This document shows positions 1 to 15,000 of a stretch of DNA of 64,000 nt, piece by piece. The position numbers and the translations under genes are program-made. Positions within the stretch are counted from its first letter, which is position 1. Each line of letters begins with the position of its first letter. Source of the stretch: Antedon mediterranea (Eukaryota > Animalia > Echinodermata); contig NC_092676.1 of NCBI RefSeq assembly GCF_964355755.1, positions 16,882,871 through 16,946,870 on the forward strand, read 5' to 3'. Under the pieces are notes generated by a model, which had not been told where the DNA came from, searched no databases, and saw nothing but the letters and a program-made list of their open reading frames with translations.

Positions 1-3000
1 TTGGCAGAAGATGAAACCGATACAGAGGCAGAGGACTCAAACGGTAACAAGGTAATATTATAATATTGGTTTTTTTAATACATAGCAAAATAAGTGCATA
101 ATGAAATGTGTTAGCAGTGCATTCATGATATGAATATAACTATAGTATGTATTTAGTACATAATTACATTATACATATGATTGTGTAATTGAGAAAATTA
201 AGTGGAGTTGTGGCTTGGTGGTTATGATGCTTGTCTACCACTCCAAGGGTGGATGGATCACTCTCATTAAATATAGTTTTTAAAAAAACTTCATGTTGTG
301 GGCATAATTGAAATGAAAGAATATATGTGAATAGGATAGATCCCGGTGTGCTCAATGCAATTGCAACAAGCCAGAGGTGTGGCATCTTCAAACGAAATCA
401 GTCATAAGTATGATTTTCGAAATTGAGATTTTTACAAACACTAAAGTTACATTCATTGTTTTGAGAAAATAATAATGCTGGTAAAGTTAAGTAACAGGAA
501 ATGACAAGAAGCACAAAAAAATAAACATGGCGATTATGTCCACACCTTAGAAACGTGTTGTTTTTAGTCGCGTGGAAGCGACTCTATAGTTCACTATGTC
601 GGTCGGTCGGTCTGTCTGTCTGTCTGTCGGTCTGTCGGTCTGTCTGTCGGTCTGTCTGTCTGTCGGTCCGGTATCACTATGCGTTTTATCGCTTTATGAC
701 CTTATCTTGATATCAGTTTAATCTAGCTAAATCAATTTTTCACAGAATATTCCTTATGGCCAGGAATCGATGTGGTTATGATTTCACGGTGCGCAATAAA
801 AAAGTACGCGGTCTACGCACGATTTAACGAAATCACGTTTGTAATCATATCTTAACAACCATGAATCACAATTAAATAAAATTTGGTACTCATAAATTTC
901 AGGACATAAATCATCATATGGCAATACAATTACGTGCGTAGCGCATGTAACGCATGCGTACGCGCGCCTAAAATTTTCAAAATTTATTTTCGATGAAATA
1001 AGAGTACGTTTCAGGCAATTTTAAGCGTTTACAAAATTGCCATGAGTGCGCAGATTTTTGCGCGCGCACTGCGCGTTAAATGTTATTGCGCCCTCTTTTT
1101 GCCCGATTTCTGTTTTCTTGACTTACTTTTCAACTCGAAATTACGTTATACGAGCACGTCAAAAGTGACAGGCTACGCACGTGTAAATTAAAAAAATATA
1201 AACGTTTTTAAACATTTCAACATTTTTAAACATGTTCAGTAATTTCGGTCAGTATAGTTCACTATGTCGGTCGGTCCGTCTGTCTGTCGGTCTGTCTGTC
1301 TGTCGGTCTGTTTGTCTGTCGGTCCGGTATCACTATGCATTGTAGCACGCGACTTAATGGCTGTTGGCCTTGTTTTATTGTTGTATTTCAATGTAAATTT
1401 GCACAAGTGTTCACTCTAACTATTAAATAATAAAGTACGAATGAATTTAGCTGATTGTTGCTTTTGTGTACCTGTCGATAGAGAAGAATGGAAGATTGTG
1501 CGACATAATACTTGTAAATTGTATTTACGCCTTAGAGTATAATTATATTTCTTTCTATTATATTTCATGTCTACCGTATTTATTATGCAAGTTGCTATTG
1601 CAAAATGTAGTTGTAAATACAATAATAAGTCCACAGAACGTCTCGGGACTGTTTTTTCGGAACCACCCATTATTGCATTTCGTAGACCTCCCAACCTTCG
1701 TGATATATTAGTCAGATCCAACTTTAAGAGTGAAATTAACTCTCATGACAGCCAAAATGTGGGCAGTCACCTTTGCAGCAAATCTTGCAAAACTTGTTCA
1801 TTGGTTGATTCTACTGAAAATTTTAAGAGTAACCAAACTGGCCGCATTTTTCGGATAAGACAATCAATTAATTGTCTAACCAAAAACGTCATTTATCTCA
1901 TATACTGTAATATTTGTGGCAAACAGTACGTCAGAGAAACAAAAACACTCTCCGTATGAGAATGACACAACACAGATCAGCTATCAAAACATTCAAGCTT
2001 GATCAACCTGTAGCCGAACATTGTAATTCAGCTGGTCACTCGATTGCAAATTTCAGAGTTATTGCAATAGACCACGATGTCAAATGGAGCGAAAAAACTC
2101 GCAAAGACAAGGAAAACCACTGGGAATTACAACTTAAAACCACAAAACCTTTTGGACTTAACATACTCCCAGATCGGTAAAATTATTCCATTGACATTTA
2201 AGTTTCAATATTAACCACCATTTAAGCTATTTTTTAGTCTCATTCCAAAATTGTTTATATCTCTATACCAATACCTTCTTTGTTTTCTACTCTTATTCAG
2301 ACTCCACCCTGTCTCCCTTTGTTATATTTCTTTTGTTCCTGTCCACCCAGGCAGCACTTGCCAGCTTTATACTATACCGTTATCCAAATTCCTTCACTTG
2401 CACTGATGAATGGCTAGTGTTGCCCGAAAGCTAACTTTTCTGGCTGTTTTACTTCTCGTTTTGATTTAGCTTTTCGCTTTTATTTTGTATCTCCATTGAG
2501 ATCCAGCCGCTGATACCCACAGCATTGTCATTTTTTCAGTAATTTGCCTTTGGATTTACAATAATAAACACAAATATATTTAGTGATTTGTATGTGATTT
2601 TTTCATAGATATTTTCTGCAAGTCCTAGGAATGAAAATGACTACGTGGTAAACATGTTTTCATCTCCAGTTAAAGGGCGATATATCAAACTCAATGTCAT
2701 TAGTTGCAATAACAGATGTGCATTGAGGCTAGAAATTATTGTCTGCTCAAGTAAGTTGTTTTTTCTAAGATAAGTATTCTTATAAAACAATTAAGTGTGA
2801 CAATGGCTAAGCGGGTATTACTTATAAAACAGTGTGTTTGTTTGCTTGTTCCACCCCGAAACATGATTAAAATCTACAGTTATCTGTACTTGTGCAGACA
2901 TATTAAAAAGCTCCCTCTCTCTCTCTCCCTGTGTGCAAACTTCTTTAAACTTTACCTTATGTTTATTTGATTTGATTTATTCTCTTAATCCGTTTAATAC

Positions 3001-6000
3001 AGTTCATGTGTTCATTTATACTCTACAGAATATATGAATGAAAATGTTGGTAGTTCACAAGAAATGTTTGTTGAAATACCCCTCAAAATGTCAGATACAA
3101 AAGAGTTACCAGAACAGCAAGTAATACGACTTCGGCGTAGTGCCGGCTATGATGTGACAGAAGAAATCTTGTATACTGAAATAGTTGAAATTATTTACAA
3201 TACTACCGAAGATTGGATTACTTCAACCACAGACACAGATATCAGCACGTCACAAACCATTTCATCAATAATCATCACAAATACGCCTCAAACACAAGCA
3301 ACCGATGAAAACACAGCAGCCACTACTAATGCCCACGCTACAAATGGGAACAGTGCCACAACAAATGCACCTCAAACACAAGCAAACAATGAAAATACAG
3401 CATTCACTACTAATGCCCATGCTACAAATGGGAACAGTGCCACAACGAATGTACATCAAACACAAGCCAACAATGACAATACAGCAGTCAGTACTAATGC
3501 CCAAGCTACAAATGGGAACAGTGCCACAACAAATGCACCTCAAACACAAGCAAACAATGAAAATACAGCAGCCACTACTAATGCCCAAGCTACAAATGGG
3601 AACAGTGCCACAACAAATGCCCCTCAAACACAAGCAAACAATGAAAATACAGCAGCCACTACTAATGCCCACGCTACAAATGGGAACAGTGCCACAACAA
3701 ATGTACATCAAACACAAACAAACAATGAAAATACAGCAGCCACTACTAATGCCCAAGCTACAAATGGGAACAGTGCCACAACAAATGCACCTCAAACACA
3801 ATCCAACAATGACAATACAGCAGTCACTACTAATGCCCACGCTACAAATGGGAACAGTGCCACAACAAATGCACCTCAAACACAAGCAAACAATGGAAAT
3901 ACAGCAGCCACTACTAATGCCCACGCTACAAATGGGAACAGTGCCACAACAAATGCACCTCAAACACAAGCAAACAATGAAAATACAGCAGCCACTACTA
4001 ATCCCCACGCTACAAATGGAAACAGTGCCACAACAAATGTACCTCAAACACAAGCCAACAATGACAATACAGCAGCCACAACTAATGCCCAGGCTACAAA
4101 CGGTAACAGTGCCACAACAAATGCACCTCAAACACAAGCAAACAATGATAATACAGCAGTCACTACTAATGCCCACGCTACAAATGGGAACAGTGCCACA
4201 ACAAATGTACCTCAAACACAAGTCAACAATGACAATACAGCAGCCACAACTAATGCCCAAGCTACAAACGGTAACAGTGCCACAACAAATGCACCTCAAA
4301 CACAAGCAAACAATGATAATACAGCAGTCACTACTAATGCCCACGCTACAAATGGGAACAGTGCCACAACAAATGTACCTCAAACACAAGTCAACAATGA
4401 CAATACAGCAGCCACAACTAATGCCCACGCTACAAATGGGAACAGTGCCACAATAAATGCACCTCAAACACAAGCAAACAATGACAATACAGCAGCCATA
4501 ACTAATGCCCAAGCTACAAATGGGAACAGTGCTACAACAAATGCACCTCAAACACAAGCAAACAATGAAAATACTGCAGTCACTACTAATTCTCAAGCTA
4601 CAAATGGAAACAGTGCCACAACAAATGCACCTCAAACACAAGCAAACAATGAAAATACAGCAGTCACTACTAATGCTCAAGCTATAAATGGGAACAGTGC
4701 CACAACAAATGCACCTCAAACTCAAGCAAACAATGACAATACAGCAGTCACTACTAATGCTCAAGCTACAAATGGAAACAGTGCTACAACAAATGCACCT
4801 CAAACACAAGCAAACAATGCAAATACAGCAGTCACTACTAATGCCCAAGCTACAAATGGAAACAGTGCCACAACAAATGCACCTCAAACACAAGCAAACA
4901 ATGAAAATACAGCAGTCACTACTAATGCTCAAGCTACAAATGGGAACAGTGCTACAACAAATGCACCTCAAACACAAGCAAACAATGATAATACAGCAGT
5001 CACTACTAATGCCCAAGCTACAAATGGGAACAGTGCTACAACAAATGTACCTCAAACACAAGTCAACAATGACAATACAGCAGTCACTACTAATGCCCAA
5101 GCTACAAATGGGAACAGTCCCACAACAAATTTACCTCAAAATCAAGCAAACAATGAAAATACAGCAGTCACTACTAATGCCCAAGCTACAAATGGCAACA
5201 GTGCTACAACAAATGCACCTCAAACACAAGCCAACAATGACAATACAGCAGCCATCACTAATGCCCAAGCTACAAACGGGAACAGTGCCACAACAAATGC
5301 ACCTCAAACACAAGCCAACAATGACAATACAGCAGCCATCACTAATGCCCAAGCTACAAATGGGAACAGTGCCACAACAAATGCACCTCAAACACAAGCC
5401 AACAATGAAAATACAGCAGTCACTACTAATGCCCAAGCTACAAACGGGAACAGTGCCACAACAAATGCACCTCAAACACAAACAAACAATGAAAATACAG
5501 CAACTACAACTAATTCCCACGCTACAAACGGTAACAGTGCTGCAACAAATGCATCTATAACACAAGCAAACAATGAAAATGCTCAAACTACGCCCAATAC
5601 AATTTCTACAAACGAAAACATCACCTCAAATCAGGTGGCAACAACCGAAACGATCAATGCAAGCGGTGGTGCCACAAATGAAGCTTACAACGATAATGTA
5701 ACAATTATTCATTACGAAAACGAAAATATCAACGTTACAGATGATAAAGTCGACGATGAAGTTACGACCAACGTCCAGACTACAACCAGTGTTAAAATGA
5801 CGACTGAAATTCCTTCAATATTTGATGACGAAACTATAGAGCTTGTGAGTTGTTTTGCAATAATTATCTAATAATTTTTGTAGTAAACAACCTGTATTCT
5901 ATTAGATTCGACTTGCCTGATCTGATTATTTGATAGAGGTTGTAGGTCTGTAGCATCCATTATATTATGAAACATGAATTTTGGTTCTTCTTCGATCTGA

Positions 6001-9000
6001 CAAATTCATAAATAGATAATAAATAATAATATAATAATATTTTACATTTATATAGCGCCATTCCAACAAACATTGCTCATGGCGCTATGGTCTTAGATAT
6101 TACACTTTTCTATAACATGCTTCCCTCCAAAGGAGTCAATTTATGTCTACAAACTGTTAGCGCTCATTTTGTCTGTCCACTGCAGTGGATGCGTGAGCTT
6201 GTACATCGGGTTAAACCCCTCTCGCCTCGAATGGATTACTGTATTAACCGAACTGTCACTCACTAAAATAACATTTTTTCTGGCATCAATAGAATATTAT
6301 ATACCGAAAGTTATTCAACCTATAACTATTCAGTACAATTGAACTTCTTTTACAGATATCAAGTTTATCGAATGAAACACAGGATAACATACTATCAGTT
6401 TCCGCTCAGTATTTGAATCAAAATGACGATAACCAACTTAGTGAAAGTGATATAAACCTACTGTTATCTACTTTGGATGAAATTGCATCTTTTGATCAGG
6501 AAGGGAGTGAAGATGAAATCAAAACAAGAGCTGAGGTTGGTCTATTTTGAATATGTTTTTGCATTCTTGCCAAAATTAATGATAAACACTTGAACTATTT
6601 CCCACTTACATTATTACTATTTTCATTATTTTATAGAATTTGAGAGACGTTGCAGAGAATCTGTTTGATCCTGCTAAAAAATTGGTAACTATCAATACTA
6701 ATTATTAACATAACGGCTTTAAAAGATCCCATAATTTTAATGTAGTACTATATTGCATTAAGCCACGCAGTATTGTTGGCCTACATGCAATTTATATTGC
6801 AGTTTTTGTTGGTTTTTTTTTTCATTAAAAGACCCATTATGGCTAAGATAAATCACATTCAAAGTTCTGAAAGCATGACGAAAAATTATTGTCAAAGATG
6901 TGTTGTCATTATTACCTTAAATTGACATAGTGTCTGTGTTTATATCAGTTACATTCCGTATTGCAATTGTTCATTTCCAGGATGAAGATGATATACTGGG
7001 AGTTGCGGTTTCAATGGAACTTATTCTTGTCAAGTCAGCTGCAAACCTACCGACAGGAACCAACTTTACTTTGTCGTCTAAAAATACAGGTTTGAAATTG
7101 GATATGATATATAGCGACATAAAATTTTATAGTTATGATATACATTATATTCGAGCTATTTGTTATACATTTGTTAGAAAAAGCAAGACCCCAGAAGTAT
7201 AAAAATATAAACATAAAACCCTTAATATTGCACGATGAAATTAGAAACTTGCCCAATAATGGCTTTTAGATATGTTATTCAAACTGCGTGTTTCTTCCAT
7301 TTTAAGGAATCAACTACCTGAATCACAGGAGTGTCATGGTAATGAAACATTTCAAAAGAATATTTATTAATCAATAACTAATTGTGTTAAAACTTATATC
7401 GCTGTAATTGTTTACTTTCAGCCATAAATATTATCAATACAGATTCTGTTGAGGAGGCAGCATCTTTAGTGTTTAATTTCAACCACGAAATTGACTCCAA
7501 TATTTCCTCATCAATTGATGATAAGAAGACATTTAATGTCAACTCACTTGGTCACCTAAAGCTTAAAGACTCAGCCTTGGACAAAGTTACAGGTAGGCCT
7601 AATGTGCAATACAGTAATTTCAACACCATATAGAAACTTAAAGATGGATTTAGTACTTCCCAATCCTCTAGTCTACTAAAGATTAGAATCAGCCTCGGAA
7701 CAAGTTTACAGGTTAGTGCTGGTATAAATACTGTCAACTCACCTGGTCACGTAACGAAAATATAATCAGCCAGGTTAGTAGCCTACAGTCCGTTAACCTG
7801 GTCACCTAATGACTATATATTCAGCCATGGATCAAGTTACAGGTTTAGTATAAATACAGTCAGCACGCCTGATCACGTAACGATTATATAATCAACCATG
7901 GATCAATGTACATATAAGTATAACAATCAACTCACCTGGTCACATAACGACAATAATCAGCCAGGCTAGTAGCATAGAAATACAGAAAGCACACCTGGTC
8001 AAGTAACGACTTTACTAACATCAAAATATATAATCTAATTCTAACATATAGCTTTGGATCAAGTTACATGTTAGTAATAATACCAATAATTACCTCGTAA
8101 CATAAAGTATAGACTCCCAGCAAGTTACTCGACTCGCCTATCCACCAATAGACTAGATATTTGTATCTAAGAGGTAAATAGCAAAACTTCACGCTCTGGT
8201 CACTTGACATTGGACGAACAGTAAGTAGCAATAATTTAAAATAGCCTGGTTACCTTATTTTAATACATTAAAATGTGTTGCCTTGTTAATCTGTAATTAA
8301 AAAAAAAACAGTCACTTCGTTATTGATGTCAACACATTGACATTAAGTTGCTTTTTCTTAACGTAGGTACAATAGGGATGTCTGTAATTTATTATGACAA
8401 AGATGTTTTTAAATCATCTCAAGCAGTCAATAACGAAGAATTGAAAAGGTAAGAAAACATTTTCTAAAAAAGTAAACAACAAGTAGTACGGTAAAAAATA
8501 GAACTTAAAACTTGATAAGTTGCTTAATTTTGATATGCAACGTGCGCATAGATACTTTACACACACCAACAGTTGAGTTGGTAGTCTTTGAGTGCCGCTT
8601 ACCTGGCTAAATTGACTATAGCCAATGCTCTTTAGAGGGAGTGTAGAGAATGTATTAGAGTCTGTTCCAAGCGTATGCTTTCTCTGGCGTATTAATCCAC
8701 GAGACCGTACACAGACTAAAAGCGATTCCACATACAAAAGTATATTCTACTATATCAACTTTTATTTCTTGTAACTCCGTATTACTATTAATACAATATA
8801 ACTTTCTACCAGTCAAGACCTTTCTTCTCTATACTCTATACTCGCCACCATATCGTCCCATCGTCCGTTATTGTTTATGTTTGTAAGACGTTACGATCCT
8901 ACAAAGAAGTAAAAGAATATAAAACGTCCCTACGCTTTTCATTTCTAAGCCCTCACTCTGAAGAGCACGATTTATTTTCGGTTTATCCAGGTAAGCTAGG

Positions 9001-12000
9001 CGACTAAGTTTAAAATTAACATTTATTTAATTGCAGTAAATCAAAAATATTAGCAAGTGGTGTGATTTCATGCTCTGTGTTTGTTGATTCGGAAATACGT
9101 TCTGTTCCCGTTGAATTTTCTCTGGAATACGACACTGTAAGTGTATTTAATATAGATTATTTTAGTAAGGTTTTAGATCATTTGTTTCATTAGACATCAT
9201 CATTATATAATATTTGTATTTGTTTCAGATTCTTGCAGACGAAAATGAAAATCAAGATGGAATCAAGGAAGAAAAAACAACAACTTGTCGCTTTTGGGAT
9301 ACACCGTCTGTGTATGTTTCTTAATAAAATGATAATATATTAAATTTCATACCAATACACCGATACTGTAAAGTTATTCATTATAATAACATAACATATC
9401 TGCTATAAACTTTATTTATAAAATTAATAAAATAATAATAAATATTATATAACTTTTCTCCGGTTGAGACGATTTTTACACTTGTTGATTAATACCACAC
9501 GCGTTTTATTTGTGAGCTACATTATTTTTAATTAGGTATTTTGTTTACAACAAATTCGCCACAAACTTATTCTTTTATAATTAAATTAATTTTTTAATTT
9601 TGTGTAGAGATTGGTCTACAGAAGGGTGTACCAGTACATCGAAAATAAATACTGAAATGCAATGTGAATGTTCTCATACAACCAACTTTGGCATAGTAGT
9701 CGAAATTGAAGAGGTAATTTGTTTAATAAGTCCAGTGAATTCGAAATAGTAGTGTGGTTGGCCCATTTCATTTTTATGGGTCTAAATAAAAAGTAAATAG
9801 GCTACGGCACACAACATATAAAAATTGCAAATTAAATAAACTAAAATTAAAGAAAATAAAAATTACTTAATTATGAAAATTTAAAATCATCTCAGATATT
9901 ATTTGGTAGAGCAAATTCTTCTTTATAATGATATCTCTATAACTAGCACAGATTGTTTTGATTATTGTTATTTATCATAAATAACTGCAAATTACTGATA
10001 CTATGATTGGTATGTCATGTTCAGTCCCTAACTTTACCGTGTGTTGAAAAAAGCATTTCCATTACAAACACACGCAGATACCATACAATGGAAAGTACAG
10101 TAGGCCTAGAATGTTAAACCTACTTCTATTCAAGGGACAACCACCCCGTTATGCGGACACTTTACCGTGAAACGAACAAAGAGTGATAATGTTGGATCCC
10201 GGAGGTGTCCCCTATATTGTCAAAATCATATATTTAGCACTAACTTCAAATTTCATTTACTAGGTTTCCAGCAGTATTGATCTGGCACATATTGTTTATA
10301 TTTTTATTATTATTGGACTGATAATGCTCTTCCTTACACTATTCATTCTGATATGCGTCTAGTAAGTACTGTTTAATTTCAACTTAATCAATATTCAATG
10401 TATATAACAACTACAGGAATTCCTGTCATTTTATTGGACTAATGTGGGTCACATGACGTGCAATAGTACAAACTATGTATCGATCGTGAAAGATAGTACT
10501 TAATTTTCCCGTACGAAAACAATTATTACTGTTTATATTTTTGTTCTTTGTAGTGCTTTTACTCGTGCACATTGGCTTATAGTACATGGTAATCTTGTAC
10601 TATCATTAGTATGCTGTTTTATAACATTTTTGGCGGGAATTGAAGATACAAACACCATTGTAAGTTTGGTACAATTTATCATGTCTTTATAAATTCATAT
10701 AATGTATTGATGATTAAAATAGAGCATTTGCCTATCTAACTAATACTGTACACGCTGACCTTAAACCAATCCAGCATGTGAATATAATTAAATGTAGGCC
10801 TTCGTCGTAAGAAAGGACTTTGTTTTCTTTTTACAGGGTGGATGTAGGGCGACTGCAATTTTTCTCCACTTCTTTCTGCTTGTTCACTTCATGTGGGTTT
10901 TGCTAGAAGGAGTCTATCTTCATTTTACCATGATAACACCATTCCCTCAAAATGGAAAGATGCTTATCTCTCAAATTTTGATTGGTTGGTGCTTACCTTT
11001 GGTAATAACTTTCTTCACAATGGCGTCATATTATGAAGGATACGGCAGGAATGACGTGTAATGTTATCGTTTCATTGTGTATTCAAGTTTTGTTTACAAG
11101 TTTATTTAACCTAAAAAATGTCATAACGCGTATAAAAAATAAAAAATCACCACTCGTTATTTCTCTTAAAAGCGAATGCTGCTGCTATTGATTTTAACAT
11201 TATTTTTTAACTGGCTAATGTTATCATAAAAAAACAAAAAAAACAAGTTTGTTGATAATGTATTAGTTTAGCGTAACCGTATGCACCACGAACGCATTTA
11301 CAGTATTCGTTACAAAAGGAACATTTTGAGTATTCATTAAATCTTTGTACTTTCTATAGGTGTTGGATGACCACAGATAAAGGTTTCTTGGCGGCGTATA
11401 TACTCCCAGCAGTTTTAATCATGCTAGTAAGTGGACATAGTTGTATTCTGTCATTAATGATTTTTGCTTTAAAAACGTAGGTTTCACATGCATTAATTAT
11501 CATGTTAAATTAACTGTACATGTTTGTGTATGTGGTAGGAGTATTGGAGTGACACATTGAAGTACTTTAACCGGGTATTCCGTCCACTTTTTATACTACC
11601 TGCAAATTTAATTTTTTTTTAAACACATTACACCAGTGATGTCTTTCCCATTTCACTTCCTATTTACTGATTTAGGCTTATTTATTTTGTTCATTTTAGT
11701 TACAGTTTGCTTTATTTAAACACTAACAACTAGGGTTTTATTACAATCAATAAACTAAGATGTTTTGGAATTATCCTTACGACACTAAAATCCATGTGTT
11801 TTTTTTACAGAGTTGCATCAGTTGTTTAATACTTATCAACTACAATAATAACAAGAATGTGTACAGGGATGTCAACCATCTGGAACCATATCTAGTGTAA
11901 TGTACCTAACCGATCGGTTTAAAACCAATTAATATATCACTATAATCAAACATTATGAATACTATATGTTCATAATAGGTCATTGTGACAAAAATATCAT

Positions 12001-15000
12001 TGGCAATGTCAAAATATCATAAATATAAGTAAATATTACATTTAGGCCTAAATGTTTTACTATCAATTATTACTAATATTTCTTCGATAGGATCTCACTG
12101 AGGGATATTTGTGTTGTGGCTGTTCTAACTGGTTTGACTTGGTTGTTCGGAGGTCTAACGACGAAGCACATCAACTCTCTAGGCTATCAAGTTTTCTTTG
12201 CCATGTTTGGTCTCGTTTTATCCATTTACATCTTCATATTTTTTGGAATGCGAAATCATATAGTAGGTGACAATTTATGTGGGCTTAGAATTAAAAATAG
12301 TATTGTTACATTGAAATGTGCGTGGATATGATGAAATGATTTTAGTCCCAAATGTCACTTGAAATATACACGAGAGTATAAAGCTATTGAATAGTACTGT
12401 TTAAAATAAATAAGTTTGTGTCTATTTTGTTAAGATTGTAATTAAGAGAATATGGCTATGTAAGTGTGTGTACTTCGTATATATAATACTATAAAATGTA
12501 GGGCCATAAAACAAGGCCATATTACATGGCTGCAGTAGCGTGCGCAAATTTGAGTTAGTGTTTACCGACAGACCAACCAACCGACCAACAACCGACCGAC
12601 ATAGTGAGCTATAGAGTCGTGTTTGCACGCGACTAAACAAGAATAGTGTTTTTAAAATTCCTATATGTTATCACTATTGTAGGTTCAAGAGTACTACATG
12701 AATGAATCAAATGCCCGCACGAAAGTTGCAAATTTACAGAATCAAGATCAACAACATTTGGTAAGTAAATTATAATCAACACAAACAGCACATTAAAACA
12801 TCCCCAAATATTATACATGACACGTTTATCTAGCAAGTTCACTAAAAAAACAAAATAAGGATTTATTCATACAATTTAACATTTACCGTTGATAAAAGAA
12901 AACTACTGTGAAAAAGTAATCTTTTCTTTCAGAGAATCTTACCTCCAGCTCGTCAGTCTCCTGCTCTTTTTCATGCAACGGGTAAGAAAGAATCACTTTT
13001 ACGGTCATGTGCGGTTCAAATTTAACGTTTTATTTTGTACAATTTGGACAATGACAATTTATCCAATTCGAGGTTTTAACTTAATAATGTCATGATTATG
13101 CTGCCAAAATCACAGCGTAACAACAGCATAATTATTGGTTGATTTAGGTTGGCTAATATCGTGTTTTTCGGAATCTGTTTCAAGTCTAATAAATGCTCAA
13201 ATTAAAATTCTTTATATAGAATTAGGCTATGCCTAGTCTAGGCCATTTATTCTGATTAAACACAGAATACTAATAGCTTTCAATTATTATGATTATTTTA
13301 TTTAGAAAGTATACCATTACATAATCGTATACAAGAAACTGAAAATGATCCATACAATGTGTCTGATACAGAGGATGGATTGAAGACTGTAAGTTACATC
13401 AATTATATTTTAACTTAACTAAATTTACTATTAATTATTGATACTGTTATGGATATGGATTAAATACAAATATCATAATGTATTAATATTGTTTATAAAC
13501 GGGAAAAGGTAGTTGATTGGAGTAGGCCTGGTTGAGATGGTACTTGGTAGTTTCAAGGGTATTGAATATATTTTACCTATAGTGGCAGGAGAGTACAGTA
13601 GCCCACGATTGTTTCTATTCCACACTCCATAAGCTTCAATTGAGACTTAGTTTATAAGGACGATATCAATTGTAATTTATCTACCCCGAAATTTGCGAGT
13701 TATTAATTAATATTTAAAATCAACGATGTTTATTTGTATTACTTTCCTTGTAGCCTCAATTAGATCGGTCTCCCAGTCCAAGACAAGAATACAACGAACA
13801 GGATCTACCAGGGCTAGTGCAAGAAAATACAGTACATGAGGACCAAGAAAAAACCAAGGTGGTACATACACCACCGATACTAGAATTGCCAGAAGACACT
13901 CTGCAAGACAATGTCGTAAAACCTGCAGACCCAAATAATGAAACTGAAAGTGCACAACTTCTGCAGCTTCCTAATGCCACAGTGACTAAAGTAAAAGAAC
14001 CAGTGGTAGATGATAAACCTCACAAATTAGCCCCTGAACAACTACCTGAAGAAAACAAAGATACCAATTTAGAACAACCAAAGCAAGATACAGGTGAAGA
14101 TATCCCAATATTACATTCTTAGTCCGTTGTACACGATTGCATTTCAACAATCCATAGTATTCTTGAAAGAAAAATTTCTACTAATACATTGGCAGTATTT
14201 CTAACAATATTTTTTTTTTATTAAATTATTAATTAGAACAGAATGATGAAATACAAGATTCCTCAACTTCAGAAAAAACAGAAGTAATTAAACCACTTAT
14301 AGAAAATGATAAAGAATTAGACAATGACAATACGAATAAAAATGACAAACCAACAGCAGAACAAAACAAGTTAGAGCCCAGTAAGGAGCATAAACACGAT
14401 ACAAATCCAAAAGAAGAACCGGTACAAGAAAACATTCCAAATCCAGATGACTTAACAAAACCCGAAGATGAAAATATGAAAATTGACGATGACAATCCAA
14501 ATAAAAGGGAGGGCCAATCGGAGGAAGACAATGACAAGTCAGAAGACAAAATAGTAGAACTTAAACAAGATACAAATCCAGATGAAATTCCAGACAAAAT
14601 TGAAAGCCAGAACTCAGAGGAGTCAACAAAAACAGAAAATAAAACTATAGACAATGAAGATAGTGATATCGACAAAATTGACAGACAAGCAAAAGAAGAA
14701 AACAAAACAGATAACACAATAAAAAGTAAACAAGATGAGGAAAAATCTGAGGAAACATCAAAAGAAGATGAAACAACACCAGAAAATGAAAGTATAGATA
14801 GCGAAAATGAATCAGAGGACAACTCAGCAGAACAAAGCTCAAATTCAAGGCCAACCACAACCAACAATGAAATTCCAAAAGATATGTCAACAAAACCAGA
14901 AAATAAAAATATAGACAATTTCGATAACAATACCGATGGAAATAACGAACCTCCAAACAAATCAGAGGAAAACACCGTAGAAACTAAACAGGATAAAAAT

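Noticed and set aside
3265-5586. Long Cys-rich minus-strand ORFs and Met/Gln-rich alternative-frame ORFs
   Set aside because: Shadow frames of the 84-bp coding repeat; only the frame of ORF 3034 splices in phase with the flanking exons
8958-9000. CTGAAGA hammerhead-like box
   Set aside because: No downstream GAAA box or stems
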